Of a stretch of 9,484 nt of DNA, positions 1 through 6,874 are shown piece by piece. Source of the stretch: a virus (Duplodnaviria; Heunggongvirae; Uroviricota; Caudoviricetes); IMG/VR virus record IMGVR_UViG_2531839207_000025, positions 1 through 9,484 of that record; one strand, written 5' to 3'. The first letter of the stretch is position 1. Each line of letters begins with the position of its first letter. The translations under genes and the position numbers were made by a program. The notes under the pieces were generated by a model. That model had not been told where the DNA came from, did no database searches, and worked only from the letters and a program-made list of their open reading frames with translations.

Positions 1-282
1 ATGGTAGATTGCAGCCACGGTAATTCCAATAAAGATTATCGCCGTCAGCCTGCGGTGGCAGAATCCGTGGTTGCTCAAATCAAAGATGGCAATCGCTCAA
101 TTATTGGTCTGATGATCGAAAGTAATATCCACGAGGGCAATCAGTCTTCTGAGCAACCGCGCAGTGAAATGAAATACGGTGTATCCGTAACCGATGCCTG
201 CATTAGCTGGGAAATGACCGATGCCTTGCTGCGTGAAATTCATCAGGATCTGAACGGGCAGCTGACGGCTCGCGTGGCTTAA
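1..282 (+). CDS. aroF: DAHP synthase, tyrosine-sensitive; C-terminal 93 codons only (gene starts upstream of the window)
   Basis: Open frame from window start to a stop at 280-282; the translation matches my memory of the E. coli AroF C-terminus; tyrA follows 10 bp downstream as in the aroF-tyrA operon. Confidence 0.9.
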   Translation: MVDCSHGNSNKDYRRQPAVAESVVAQIKDGNRSIIGLMIESNIHEGNQSSEQPRSEMKYGVSVTDACISWEMTDALLREIHQDLNGQLTARVA

Positions 283-292
283 GAGGTTTATT

Positions 293-1414
293 ATGGTTGC
301 TGAATTGACCGCATTACGCGATCAAATTGATGAAGTCGATAAAGCGCTGCTGAATTTATTAGCGAAGCGTCTGGAACTGGTTGCTGAAGTGGGCGAGGTG
401 AAAAGCCGCTTTGGACTGCCTATTTATGTTCCGGAGCGCGAGGCATCTATGTTGGCCTCGCGTCGTGCAGAGGCGGAAGCTCTGGGTGTACCGCCAGATC
501 TGATTGAGGATGTTTTGCGTCGGGTGATGCGTGAATCTTACTCCAGTGAAAACGACAAAGGATTTAAAACACTTTGTCCGTCACTGCGTCCGGTGGTTAT
601 CGTCGGCGGTGGCGGTCAGATGGGACGCCTGTTCGAGAAGATGCTGACACTATCGGGTTATCAGGTGCGGATTCTGGAGCAACATGACTGGGATCGAGCG
701 GCTGATATTGTTGCCGATGCCGGAATGGTGATTGTTAGTGTGCCAATCCACGTTACTGAGCAAGTTATCGGCAAATTACCGCCTTTACCGAAAGATTGTA
801 TTCTGGTTGATCTGGCATCAGTGAAAAATGGACCATTACAGGCCATGCTGGCGGCGCACGATGGCCCGGTACTGGGGTTACACCCGATGTTCGGCCCGGA
901 CAGCGGTAGCCTGGCAAAGCAAGTTGTGGTCTGGTGTGATGGACGTAAGCCGGAAGCATACCAATGGTTTCTGGAGCAAATTCAGGTCTGGGGCGCTCGG
1001 CTGCATCGTATTAGCGCTGTCGAGCACGATCAGAATATGGCGTTTATTCAGGCTCTGCGCCACTTTGCTACTTTTGCTTATGGGCTGCATCTGGCAGAAG
1101 AAAATGTTCAGCTTGAGCAACTTCTGGCGCTCTCTTCGCCGATTTACCGCCTTGAGCTGGCGATGGTCGGGCGACTGTTTGCTCAGGATCCGCAGCTTTA
1201 TGCCGACATTATTATGTCGTCAGAGCGTAATCTGGCGTTAATCAAACGTTACTATAAGCGTTTCGGCGAGGCGATTGAGTTGCTGGAGCAGGGCGATAAG
1301 CAGGCGTTTATTGACAGTTTCCGCAAGGTGGAGCACTGGTTCGGCGATTACGCACAGCGTTTTCAGAGTGAAAGCCGCGTGTTATTGCGTCAGGCGAATG
1401 ACAACCGCCAGTAA
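293..1414 (+). CDS. tyrA: Bifunctional chorismate mutase / prephenate dehydrogenase (T-protein)
   Basis: ATG at 293 preceded by aagagg; 373 aa; translation begins [26 protein letters not shown] and contains the GGGGQMG dinucleotide-binding motif; length and sequence match E. coli TyrA as I recall it. Confidence 0.95.
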   Translation: MVAELTALRDQIDEVDKALLNLLAKRLELVAEVGEVKSRFGLPIYVPEREASMLASRRAEAEALGVPPDLIEDVLRRVMRESYSSENDKGFKTLCPSLRPVVIVGGGGQMGRLFEKMLTLSGYQVRILEQHDWDRAADIVADAGMVIVSVPIHVTEQVIGKLPPLPKDCILVDLASVKNGPLQAMLAAHDGPVLGLHPMFGPDSGSLAKQVVVWCDGRKPEAYQWFLEQIQVWGARLHRISAVEHDQNMAFIQALRHFATFAYGLHLAEENVQLEQLLALSSPIYRLELAMVGRLFAQDPQLYADIIMSSERNLALIKRYYKRFGEAIELLEQGDKQAFIDSFRKVEHWFGDYAQRFQSESRVLLRQANDNRQ

Positions 1415-1421
1415 TAATCCA

Positions 1422-1449
1422 GTGCCGGATGATTCACATCATCCGGCAC
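1422..1449. terminator. Hairpin between the convergent tyrA and pheA 3' ends; likely bidirectional terminator
   Basis: Inverted repeat gtgccggatga / tcatccggcac lies 8 bp after the tyrA stop and 8 bp from the pheA stop; T-rich on the plus side (cttttc), A/T-rich on the other. Confidence 0.5.
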
Positions 1450-1456
1450 CTTTTCA

Positions 1457-2617
1457 TCAGGTTGGATCAACAGGCACTACGTTCTCACTTGGGTAACAGC
1501 CCAATACCTTCATTGAACGGGTAATTTCCCCTAACTCTTTCAATGCTTTTTGCATTTCCGCTGATTCAAGATTGGCCTGAATATCCAGATAAAACATCTC
1601 TTCCCATGGATTACCGTGAATCGGGCGTGATTCCAGACGGGTCATAATCAGATTGTGGTTGCGCAGCACCAGCAACGCTTCAACCAGCGCACCGGCTTGT
1701 TGCCCGGTCGCCATTAACAACGTCGTTTTCGCCGGAACCTGGTCAGACACGTTAATGGCTTTACGTGCCAACACCACAAATCGGGTGAAGTTTTGTTGCT
1801 GATTCGCTTCAATACGCTCCAGTACCTGCAAACCGTACAAAGTGCCGCCAGCTTCGCTTCCCAACGCAGCAACATGCGGTGATTTTGCCTGTGCAACCTT
1901 TTCCATTGCCGCAGACGTACTTTCGGTATATTCAATCTTCCAGTGAGGATAACGATTAAGGAATTTGCTGCATTGCTGGAATGGCTGCGGATGGCTGTAG
2001 ACCGTATTAATAGTGGATAAATCAGTCGTGCCGGAGACCAACAAACAATGGTCGATAGTTAACGTCATCTCGCCAACAATCGACAAGCTGGTATGTTGCA
2101 GCAGATCGTAAACGTCGTTTATGGCACCGGAGCTGGTATTTTCAATCGGTACGACGGCATAGTCGGCCTGGCCGGTTTCCACCTGATTAAAAATATCGGC
2201 AAATTTGGCGCAGCCACTTTCAATGAATTGCTCAAAGTGACGGGCAGCATACTGGCGCGCCGCAAGATGGGAATAAGAACCTTTGGGGCCGAGAAAAGCG
2301 ATGCGTGCTGAGTGCGGATTAATTTTATTGAGATGTTGCTGGAGCAAAGCCTGCTGAGTTAATACGGAATCTTCAATGATGAGCTGGAACAGGCGAGTAA
2401 TGTAATGGGCGTCCAGATGGTGCGCTTTACCGAGCGTAATTAATCTTTCCAGTAAATCGCGTTCACGATCAATATCTCGTACCGGGCGATGCGAGAGCAG
2501 TTTGGCTTTTCCTACCTCGACGGCCAATTCGCGCCGCTCTGCCAGTAATGCTAATAATTTTTCATCCAGCGCGCTGATTTTCTCTCGCAGCGCCAGTAAC
2601 GGGTTTTCCGATGTCAT
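1457..2617 (-). CDS. pheA: Bifunctional chorismate mutase / prephenate dehydratase (P-protein)
   Basis: 386-aa minus-strand ORF starting [32 protein letters not shown]; ATG is the complement of cat at 2615-2617; matches E. coli PheA in length and sequence as I recall it; sits downstream of pheL and the attenuator. Confidence 0.95.
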   Translation of the reverse strand: MTSENPLLALREKISALDEKLLALLAERRELAVEVGKAKLLSHRPVRDIDRERDLLERLITLGKAHHLDAHYITRLFQLIIEDSVLTQQALLQQHLNKINPHSARIAFLGPKGSYSHLAARQYAARHFEQFIESGCAKFADIFNQVETGQADYAVVPIENTSSGAINDVYDLLQHTSLSIVGEMTLTIDHCLLVSGTTDLSTINTVYSHPQPFQQCSKFLNRYPHWKIEYTESTSAAMEKVAQAKSPHVAALGSEAGGTLYGLQVLERIEANQQQNFTRFVVLARKAINVSDQVPAKTTLLMATGQQAGALVEALLVLRNHNLIMTRLESRPIHGNPWEEMFYLDIQANLESAEMQKALKELGEITRSMKVLGCYPSENVVPVDPT

Positions 2618-2637
2618 AGTGTTGCCTTTTTGTTATC

Positions 2638-2668
2638 AATAAAAAAGGCCCCCCGATTTGGGAGGCCT
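2638..2668 (-). terminator. pheA attenuator (leader terminator)
   Basis: On the minus strand: GGCCUCCC-AAAUC-GGGGGGCC hairpin (8-bp GC-rich stem with one G-U) followed by UUUUUUAUU, between pheL and pheA. Confidence 0.8.
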
Positions 2669-2715
2669 TATTGTTCGTCTTCGCATTCTGTTTCACACGA
2701 CGAAACGCCTCCCAT

Positions 2716-2763
2716 TCAGGGGAAGGTAAAAAAGAATGCGAAGAAAAACGGTGTGTGTTTCAT
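2716..2763 (-). CDS. pheL: pheA leader peptide, 15 aa: [15 protein letters not shown]
   Basis: Minus-strand reading ATG AAA CAC ACA CCG TTT TTC TTC GCA TTC TTT TTT ACC TTC CCC TGA; seven Phe codons in 15; it is under the track length cutoff, so not listed there. The K-12 peptide I recall has Ile at position 4 (here Thr, ACA). Confidence 0.9.
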   Translation of the reverse strand: [15 protein letters not shown]

Positions 2764-2788
2764 GTTTGTTTCCTTAAGTGACTTTAGT

Positions 2789-2818
2789 ACAGTACCCGTA
2801 CTGTTTTCACGCTGTCAA
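2789..2818 (-). promoter_or_regulatory. pheL-pheA promoter (-35 TTGACA, candidate -10 TACTGT)
   Basis: Minus-strand TTGACA (plus 2813-2818), 18-nt spacer, then TACTGT (plus 2789-2794), about 25 nt upstream of the pheL ATG; the -10 assignment is by eye. Confidence 0.5.
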
Positions 2819-2819
2819 C

Positions 2820-2843
2820 AAAAAACGCGCCCGAAGGTGCGTT
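2820..2843 (-). terminator. Intrinsic terminator just upstream of the pheL promoter (minus-strand direction)
   Basis: Minus-strand ACGCACCUUCGGGCGCG hairpin followed by UUUUUU; placed to stop transcripts arriving from the integrase side. Confidence 0.45.
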
Positions 2844-2846
2844 GTA

Positions 2847-2930
2847 AAACCCACTGAATTCAATGTTTTCCCTTTGTTTTCAGTGGGTTTTGTTATTGGT
2901 GGGGGTTACTGATTACCCTATAAAACCCAC
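2847..2930. repeat. Repeat-rich junction between the chromosomal locus and the integrase stop; candidate attachment region or Int arm sites
   Basis: aaaacccactgaa (2847-2859) and its inverted copy ttcagtgggtttt (2881-2893) form a 13-bp-arm inverted repeat; a third aaaacccact copy at 2921-2930 ends right before the int stop codon. Confidence 0.3.
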
Positions 2931-3920
2931 TTATGTGGATGAAATGTGGATGCCTCCTTTTAACGGATTAAGTGAAATTGCATCCTGGAGGAAATCAGGA
3001 GCGAGGTGCGCATAGGTCATAGTTTGCTGGATCGTGGCGTGCCCCATAATTCGCTGGAGCGTAAGTATATTTCCTCCATTAATCATAAAGTGAGCAGCAA
3101 AGGTATGGCGTAGAACATGTACAGCCTGTCCTTTTGGTAGGTCTGGCTTAACACTGCGAAGCACCTTGCGATATTCCTCATAATTGACGTCAAACAAAAG
3201 GCCGGATTTCTTTGTTTTGATCTCACTAACAACTTCATCAGAGACAGGAATAATTCGAACTTTTCCGTTTTTAGTTTTGTTAAACGTCACGCGATTATTG
3301 ATGATGTGTTCCGCGCGTAGATTTTTCGCTTCTCCCCATCTCGCCCCAGTACTGAGACAAAGTAGCGTAATCCGCCGGGCATCACCGTTTACTGCATCCA
3401 GCAATTTGGCGATTTCTTCCGTAGTGAGGTACGTCATTTCGGGTGATTTTCGTTTCAAAGAGGGGAGGGCGCGGAGTGGATTTTCTCCGTGAAATTCTCC
3501 GGCATTTGCCAGAAGTGTAAACATTCCTCCGAGATCCGACTCATCACGCCGAACAGTAGACTCTTTTACTCCCAAAGATAAACGGGAGCTTCGATAAGCG
3601 GCCATGAAACGAGCATTAATCTGGCTAACCCTTGGATCATTCATTTCTTTGATGATTTTTTTCAACCTGGTTAGAACGCCGTTAGCATATGGCTTATTGC
3701 GTCCACCCAATTCCCACCATAACGGAAGCAGATCTGAGAGATGACGTTGCTCTGTTGGCTTTTCAAGCCATTCCTTATCGTGCATGTGGCTGAGAACATA
3801 ACGCTCAAAGGCCACTGCATCTGCCTTTTTCTTAAAAATCCGCTGAATCCGACGTCCACTTCGGCCACGCGGTCTAACATCCACTTTATACCGTCCACCA
3901 TCGAGCGCTTTAATTGCCAT
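2931..3920 (-). CDS. int: Phage integrase, tyrosine recombinase, P2 Int-like
   Basis: Minus-strand ORF; preferred start at 3920 (MAIKALDGGRYKVDVRPRGR, ggaggg RBS 9 nt upstream) rather than the track start at 3953; C-terminal motifs ILCLSTGARWGEA, HVLRHTFAAHFMINGG, LQRIMGH and YAHLAP fit the tyrosine recombinase R..H-x-x-R..Y pattern; strong resemblance to P2 Int as I recall it. Confidence 0.9.
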   Translation of the reverse strand: MAIKALDGGRYKVDVRPRGRSGRRIQRIFKKKADAVAFERYVLSHMHDKEWLEKPTEQRHLSDLLPLWWELGGRNKPYANGVLTRLKKIIKEMNDPRVSQINARFMAAYRSSRLSLGVKESTVRRDESDLGGMFTLLANAGEFHGENPLRALPSLKRKSPEMTYLTTEEIAKLLDAVNGDARRITLLCLSTGARWGEAKNLRAEHIINNRVTFNKTKNGKVRIIPVSDEVVSEIKTKKSGLLFDVNYEEYRKVLRSVKPDLPKGQAVHVLRHTFAAHFMINGGNILTLQRIMGHATIQQTMTYAHLAPDFLQDAISLNPLKGGIHISST

Positions 3921-3986
3921 TGGCAAGCCCTCCGGTGAAACGAGGAAAGACATTTCCAGTTTGTAAAACGTAAGAATAATAAAGGG

Positions 3987-4289
3987 TTAACCAATTTTCC
4001 TTTCGGATGGGGGTAAGTCCGTTGGCTCTTGCCCATAGTGTGCGAGAGCCGGAGCTATCTGCCCGGATTCAGGCGCAATTTTTCCAGTCATAAACCACAA
4101 CGCATATTTCTCAAATCTGGGGTTGTTTAGTATTTGCTCAATTACTTCAGCATTAGGGATAGTTTTACCGCTTTCATATCTCCACAGAGCATCACGGTTT
4201 AAACCAAGCATTTTTGCTGTATCCGGGAGGCTAGTAAGTCTCTCGCTTTCACGCATGATTTTTATGCGCTCTCCAATAGTCATACGCAT
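3987..4289 (-). CDS. Immunity repressor, P2 C-like (HTH)
   Basis: Translation MRMTIGERIKIMRESERLTSL...WFMTGKIAPESGQIAPALAHYGQ closely resembles P2 C as I recall it; the track start at 4304 is a TTG codon, so I prefer the ATG at 4289 (ggaga 8 nt upstream) or 4283; sits upstream of int on the same strand as in P2. Confidence 0.85.
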   Translation of the reverse strand: MRMTIGERIKIMRESERLTSLPDTAKMLGLNRDALWRYESGKTIPNAEVIEQILNNPRFEKYALWFMTGKIAPESGQIAPALAHYGQEPTDLPPSERKIG

Positions 4290-4384
4290 GTTGCAATTCT
4301 CCAACGTCTGTATTAATGTTTATACAAATGAGTTTGATTTGGGGCATCCGTCGCAAGAAATACCCCAAACAGGGAGATTATCAC
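4290..4384. promoter_or_regulatory. Divergent immunity switch region between the repressor and cox-like genes
   Basis: 95-bp spacer between divergent starts; contains tgTATTAAt and TTGATT promoter-like hexamers and the inverted repeat tttgggg(4339-4345)...ccccaaa(4363-4369); individual promoters and operators not resolved. Confidence 0.45.
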
Positions 4385-4711
4385 ATGAATGAAGAACTAT
4401 TGAGGGCATTGTTTAAGATCCCAGACCCCATCACCGTCGATGAGTTTTCCCGCCGCACAGGTAAGACCGAATCAGCCGTAAGAAAGTTGGTAGAGCGTCG
4501 ACTCATCCCTCTAACTACTGAGCGCGAGGTTTTAGGCGAGGAAGGGAGTTCGCGCCGTCTTCTCATCCTTTGGAATGAGTGGCTCGAAATGGTCTATGAC
4601 GCAACGAAACAACTTCCTCCTGAGCGTAAAGATTGGCGCAATCACTGGCTTAAGAAAGCCAAGAAGCTGGCGGAAGATTTGGGATTAGGCTTTCTTAATT
4701 TTGCTGCATGA
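4385..4711 (+). CDS. Cox/Apl-like excisionase-regulator (small HTH protein)
   Basis: ATG at 4385 with gggag 9 nt upstream; 108 aa; segment VDEFSRRTGKTESAVRKLVERRLIP resembles the P2 Cox DNA-binding region as I recall it; divergent from the repressor gene. Confidence 0.65.
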   Translation: MNEELLRALFKIPDPITVDEFSRRTGKTESAVRKLVERRLIPLTTEREVLGEEGSSRRLLILWNEWLEMVYDATKQLPPERKDWRNHWLKKAKKLAEDLGLGFLNFAA

Positions 4712-4729
4712 GATGCAGGGAGTTTTGAT

Positions 4730-5071
4730 ATGAAACAGCAACGTAATTCACGCTTTCGTAATGGTGCTGAACGCCACGCTAACCGTTTCGCTACCAGTGC
4801 ATCGCGTAGCAACTCTCGCTACAGCCTGAGCGAAACACACGCAACGCCGGATGGCTACCCAGTAAAACAAATCGGCGAGCACGCCTGGTTGATTGAGAAA
4901 GCTGGAATCGTGGTCCACAAATGCCCACGCAACCCATTTACCGGAAACCGCATTTTTGCACTGAGCAACGGCGACAATCAGTTCGGGCAGGATTTCACAT
5001 TATACGAAGCACTTCGCACGGTTGATCGTCTGCTTCGCGGGCAAAGTTTTATTAAACAGGCTGATTTATAA
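4730..5071 (+). CDS. Hypothetical early protein, 113 aa, basic Ser/Arg-rich N-terminus
   Basis: ATG at 4730 with agggag 8 nt upstream, 18 bp after the cox-like stop; I do not recognise the protein. Confidence 0.6.
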   Translation: MKQQRNSRFRNGAERHANRFATSASRSNSRYSLSETHATPDGYPVKQIGEHAWLIEKAGIVVHKCPRNPFTGNRIFALSNGDNQFGQDFTLYEALRTVDRLLRGQSFIKQADL

Positions 5072-5081
5072 CAGGTGCTTT

Positions 5082-5360
5082 ATGACCAAAGAGCATGCAC
5101 AAGGTGTATTTATCCGTTTTATTGATTTTCGCGGTGAACTGTTATTACGCGCATCAGCCATTGACGGAGTTGTTCCATCAGAAAAAAACGCAGCTACTTA
5201 CGTTTATCTGAACGGTACGCGCCTGACTGTGGAGCTTCCGTACCAGACCGTACGAGAAATCATTAGCGAAGCTGAAAAGGCACGTCAGGTTAATGGCGAT
5301 GAACCCTATATCGAAATTATTTGTATGGATTCAGAAGCTGAAATTCAGAAAGCAGATTAA
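5082..5360 (+). CDS. Hypothetical early protein, 92 aa
   Basis: Preferred start ATG at 5082 (aggtg 7 nt upstream), in frame with the track ORF 5022-5360 but not overlapping the upstream gene. Confidence 0.55.
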   Translation: MTKEHAQGVFIRFIDFRGELLLRASAIDGVVPSEKNAATYVYLNGTRLTVELPYQTVREIISEAEKARQVNGDEPYIEIICMDSEAEIQKAD

Positions 5361-5371
5361 AGGGCGTTGCG

Positions 5372-5614
5372 ATGGGCAAAGAATATAAAACTCTCATTAA
5401 CAAAGCACTTGAGCGTTTTTATTTTCGCTTAAGTGCATCAGGCGCTCATGCTGAACGTGCAGCCCGTGACTCATTGACCAGGGCAATCCGGAGTTTGTAT
5501 GACGTCGCTTTTTACGCTGATGATCTGGATGCACTTAACGAACTTTCCGAGCTGATCTGTGCCGCAGAATGCGGGGAACATATTGAACCGTATAAGCTGG
5601 GGAATATCGCATGA
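5372..5614 (+). CDS. Hypothetical early protein, 80 aa
   Basis: ATG at 5372, 11 bp after the previous stop; tightly packed in the same orientation. Confidence 0.5.
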   Translation: MGKEYKTLINKALERFYFRLSASGAHAERAARDSLTRAIRSLYDVAFYADDLDALNELSELICAAECGEHIEPYKLGNIA

Positions 5615-5724
5615 GTATATTTATCTCATGGCTTGTTCTGATGATTTCGGTGGCCTGCGCCATTGGAATTATGCGAATTATTCATTCAGTAAAAAAGATT
5701 GAACGTTTTTTCACTGGTGAATAA
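5611..5724 (+). CDS. Small hydrophobic protein, 37 aa: MSIFISWLVLMISVACAIGIMRIIHSVKKIERFFTGE; one predicted transmembrane helix
   Basis: Its ATG overlaps the upstream TGA (ATGA at 5611-5614); not in the ORF track because of the length cutoff; hydrophobic core followed by a basic tail. Confidence 0.35.
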   Translation: MSIFISWLVLMISVACAIGIMRIIHSVKKIERFFTGE

Positions 5725-5817
5725 CGATACAAATAAAACATCAAATTAAATAAGAAAACGTGAAAACCATCCGTATTAACGGAGGTATTCGCACACGCAA
5801 ATAACGGAGATACAAAA

Positions 5818-6228
5818 ATGCACGCAAAAGAAGAAGGTATCATCAGAGCACTGAAAGAAATTTCAAAGATTGAAAGCGAAGTAGCGAAAAAAGCCGTAGC
5901 AAATGCTCATATAGACGTCGCTACCCACGCAATGATAGTCGCAAAAGTCACGGCAGAAGCCGCCAAAATCATCGAAGAACAGGGTGCGGAACTTACGCTT
6001 TTCAAAACTCAACCAGTCACCGGACTGGATTTATCTAACACCGGACGCCTTATTTACACAATTGGCTCGGAGCTACAGCGATACACCATTATCGCCGGAT
6101 TACAGGGCAAATACCTGATCACTCCTCACCCCATAAGGGAATCAGAAATTCTGACAAATCTCCGCCTGATAGATCGCTCTCAAGTTGCATTCATTGATGA
6201 CGCACAGCACACCGTATTTAACGCATAG
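5818..6228 (+). CDS. Hypothetical protein, 136 aa
   Basis: ATG at 5818 with ggaga 7 nt upstream; preceded by a 93-bp AT-rich spacer; I do not recognise the protein. Confidence 0.6.
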   Translation: MHAKEEGIIRALKEISKIESEVAKKAVANAHIDVATHAMIVAKVTAEAAKIIEEQGAELTLFKTQPVTGLDLSNTGRLIYTIGSELQRYTIIAGLQGKYLITPHPIRESEILTNLRLIDRSQVAFIDDAQHTVFNA

Positions 6229-6255
6229 GGTTATTGGACAAAAAAAGGGGGGGCA

Positions 6256-6459
6256 ATGGCAATTAAGCATTTTCCCGTCGTTCGCTTTACCTCCAGAGGG
6301 CGCGAATACGAGGTCGACGAACGCCTGATTACCACTATCGACAAACATCGTTCGGAAAAGGATGCACACCACATCTACCTCACTGACGGCACTTACTTCT
6401 GCGCCACTAATGTGGCGCGGGTAAACCTTATCCGACAGGTACAGGAGCATCGTAAATGA
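6256..6459 (+). CDS. Hypothetical protein, 67 aa; first gene of a four-gene translationally coupled module
   Basis: ATG at 6256 immediately after an A7-G7 tract that serves as the RBS; its stop overlaps the next start (ATGA). Confidence 0.55.
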   Translation: MAIKHFPVVRFTSRGREYEVDERLITTIDKHRSEKDAHHIYLTDGTYFCATNVARVNLIRQVQEHRK

Positions 6460-6674
6460 GCAGAAAGCGAATCACACGCAGGCATCGCCGCACACACATG
6501 AATTCCTTACCGACGCTGAAAGAACTCATTCAACACGAGATCGCTGATTTCTGCGCACCGCTGGGGTCGCCTGGCGAACCGGAAACGCCAGAAGCGATGC
6601 AGCGCGAACTCATGATGCGCATCGATAACGTTTTTGACTTTTTCCTGAATAACAAAAGAGAGCAATCAACATGA
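6456..6674 (+). CDS. Hypothetical protein, 72 aa, strongly basic N-terminus (SRKRITRRHRRTH)
   Basis: ATGA overlaps at both ends (6456-6459 and 6671-6674). Confidence 0.55.
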   Translation: MSRKRITRRHRRTHMNSLPTLKELIQHEIADFCAPLGSPGEPETPEAMQRELMMRIDNVFDFFLNNKREQST

Positions 6675-6874
6675 ACAAAAAGACCTGGTTTCGCGCATAT
6701 ATGTGGGCGCTGGTATGCGTCCTCGTCTCTCTCATTCTGTATGCAGGACTACTCCCCCGAATGATTTCATCAGACAGCTCCTTCCTGGTATTGCTGGGCA
6801 TTTTCATTGCCATGCTGTACCCGGCAGGCGTTGTTCGCCTTTTCAGTAAGTACATCAAGGAAATCAAACAATGA
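6671..6874 (+). CDS. Small integral membrane protein, 67 aa, two predicted TM helices
   Basis: Hydrophobic stretches WALVCVLVSLILYAGLL and FLVLLGIFIAMLYPAGVV; ATGA overlaps with both neighbours. Confidence 0.6.
   Translation: MNKKTWFRAYMWALVCVLVSLILYAGLLPRMISSDSSFLVLLGIFIAMLYPAGVVRLFSKYIKEIKQ

Noticed and set aside
661-2311. Alternative-frame and antisense ORFs inside tyrA and pheA (661-846, 765-959, 828-1241, 878-1120, 1275-1496, 1714-1935, 2093-2311)
   Set aside because: All lie within or antisense to the well-supported tyrA and pheA frames; these are shadow ORFs.
2630-2857. 75-aa plus-strand ORF across the pheA attenuator and pheL
   Set aside because: It is antisense to pheL and the attenuator hairpin, which fully account for this interval.
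3184-4392. Overlapping ORFs 3184-3492 (+), 3671-4036 (-), 3741-3938 (+) and 4123-4392 (+) within or antisense to the int and repressor genes
   Set aside because: They overlap the strongly supported integrase and repressor frames in other frames or on the opposite strand, with no independent signals.
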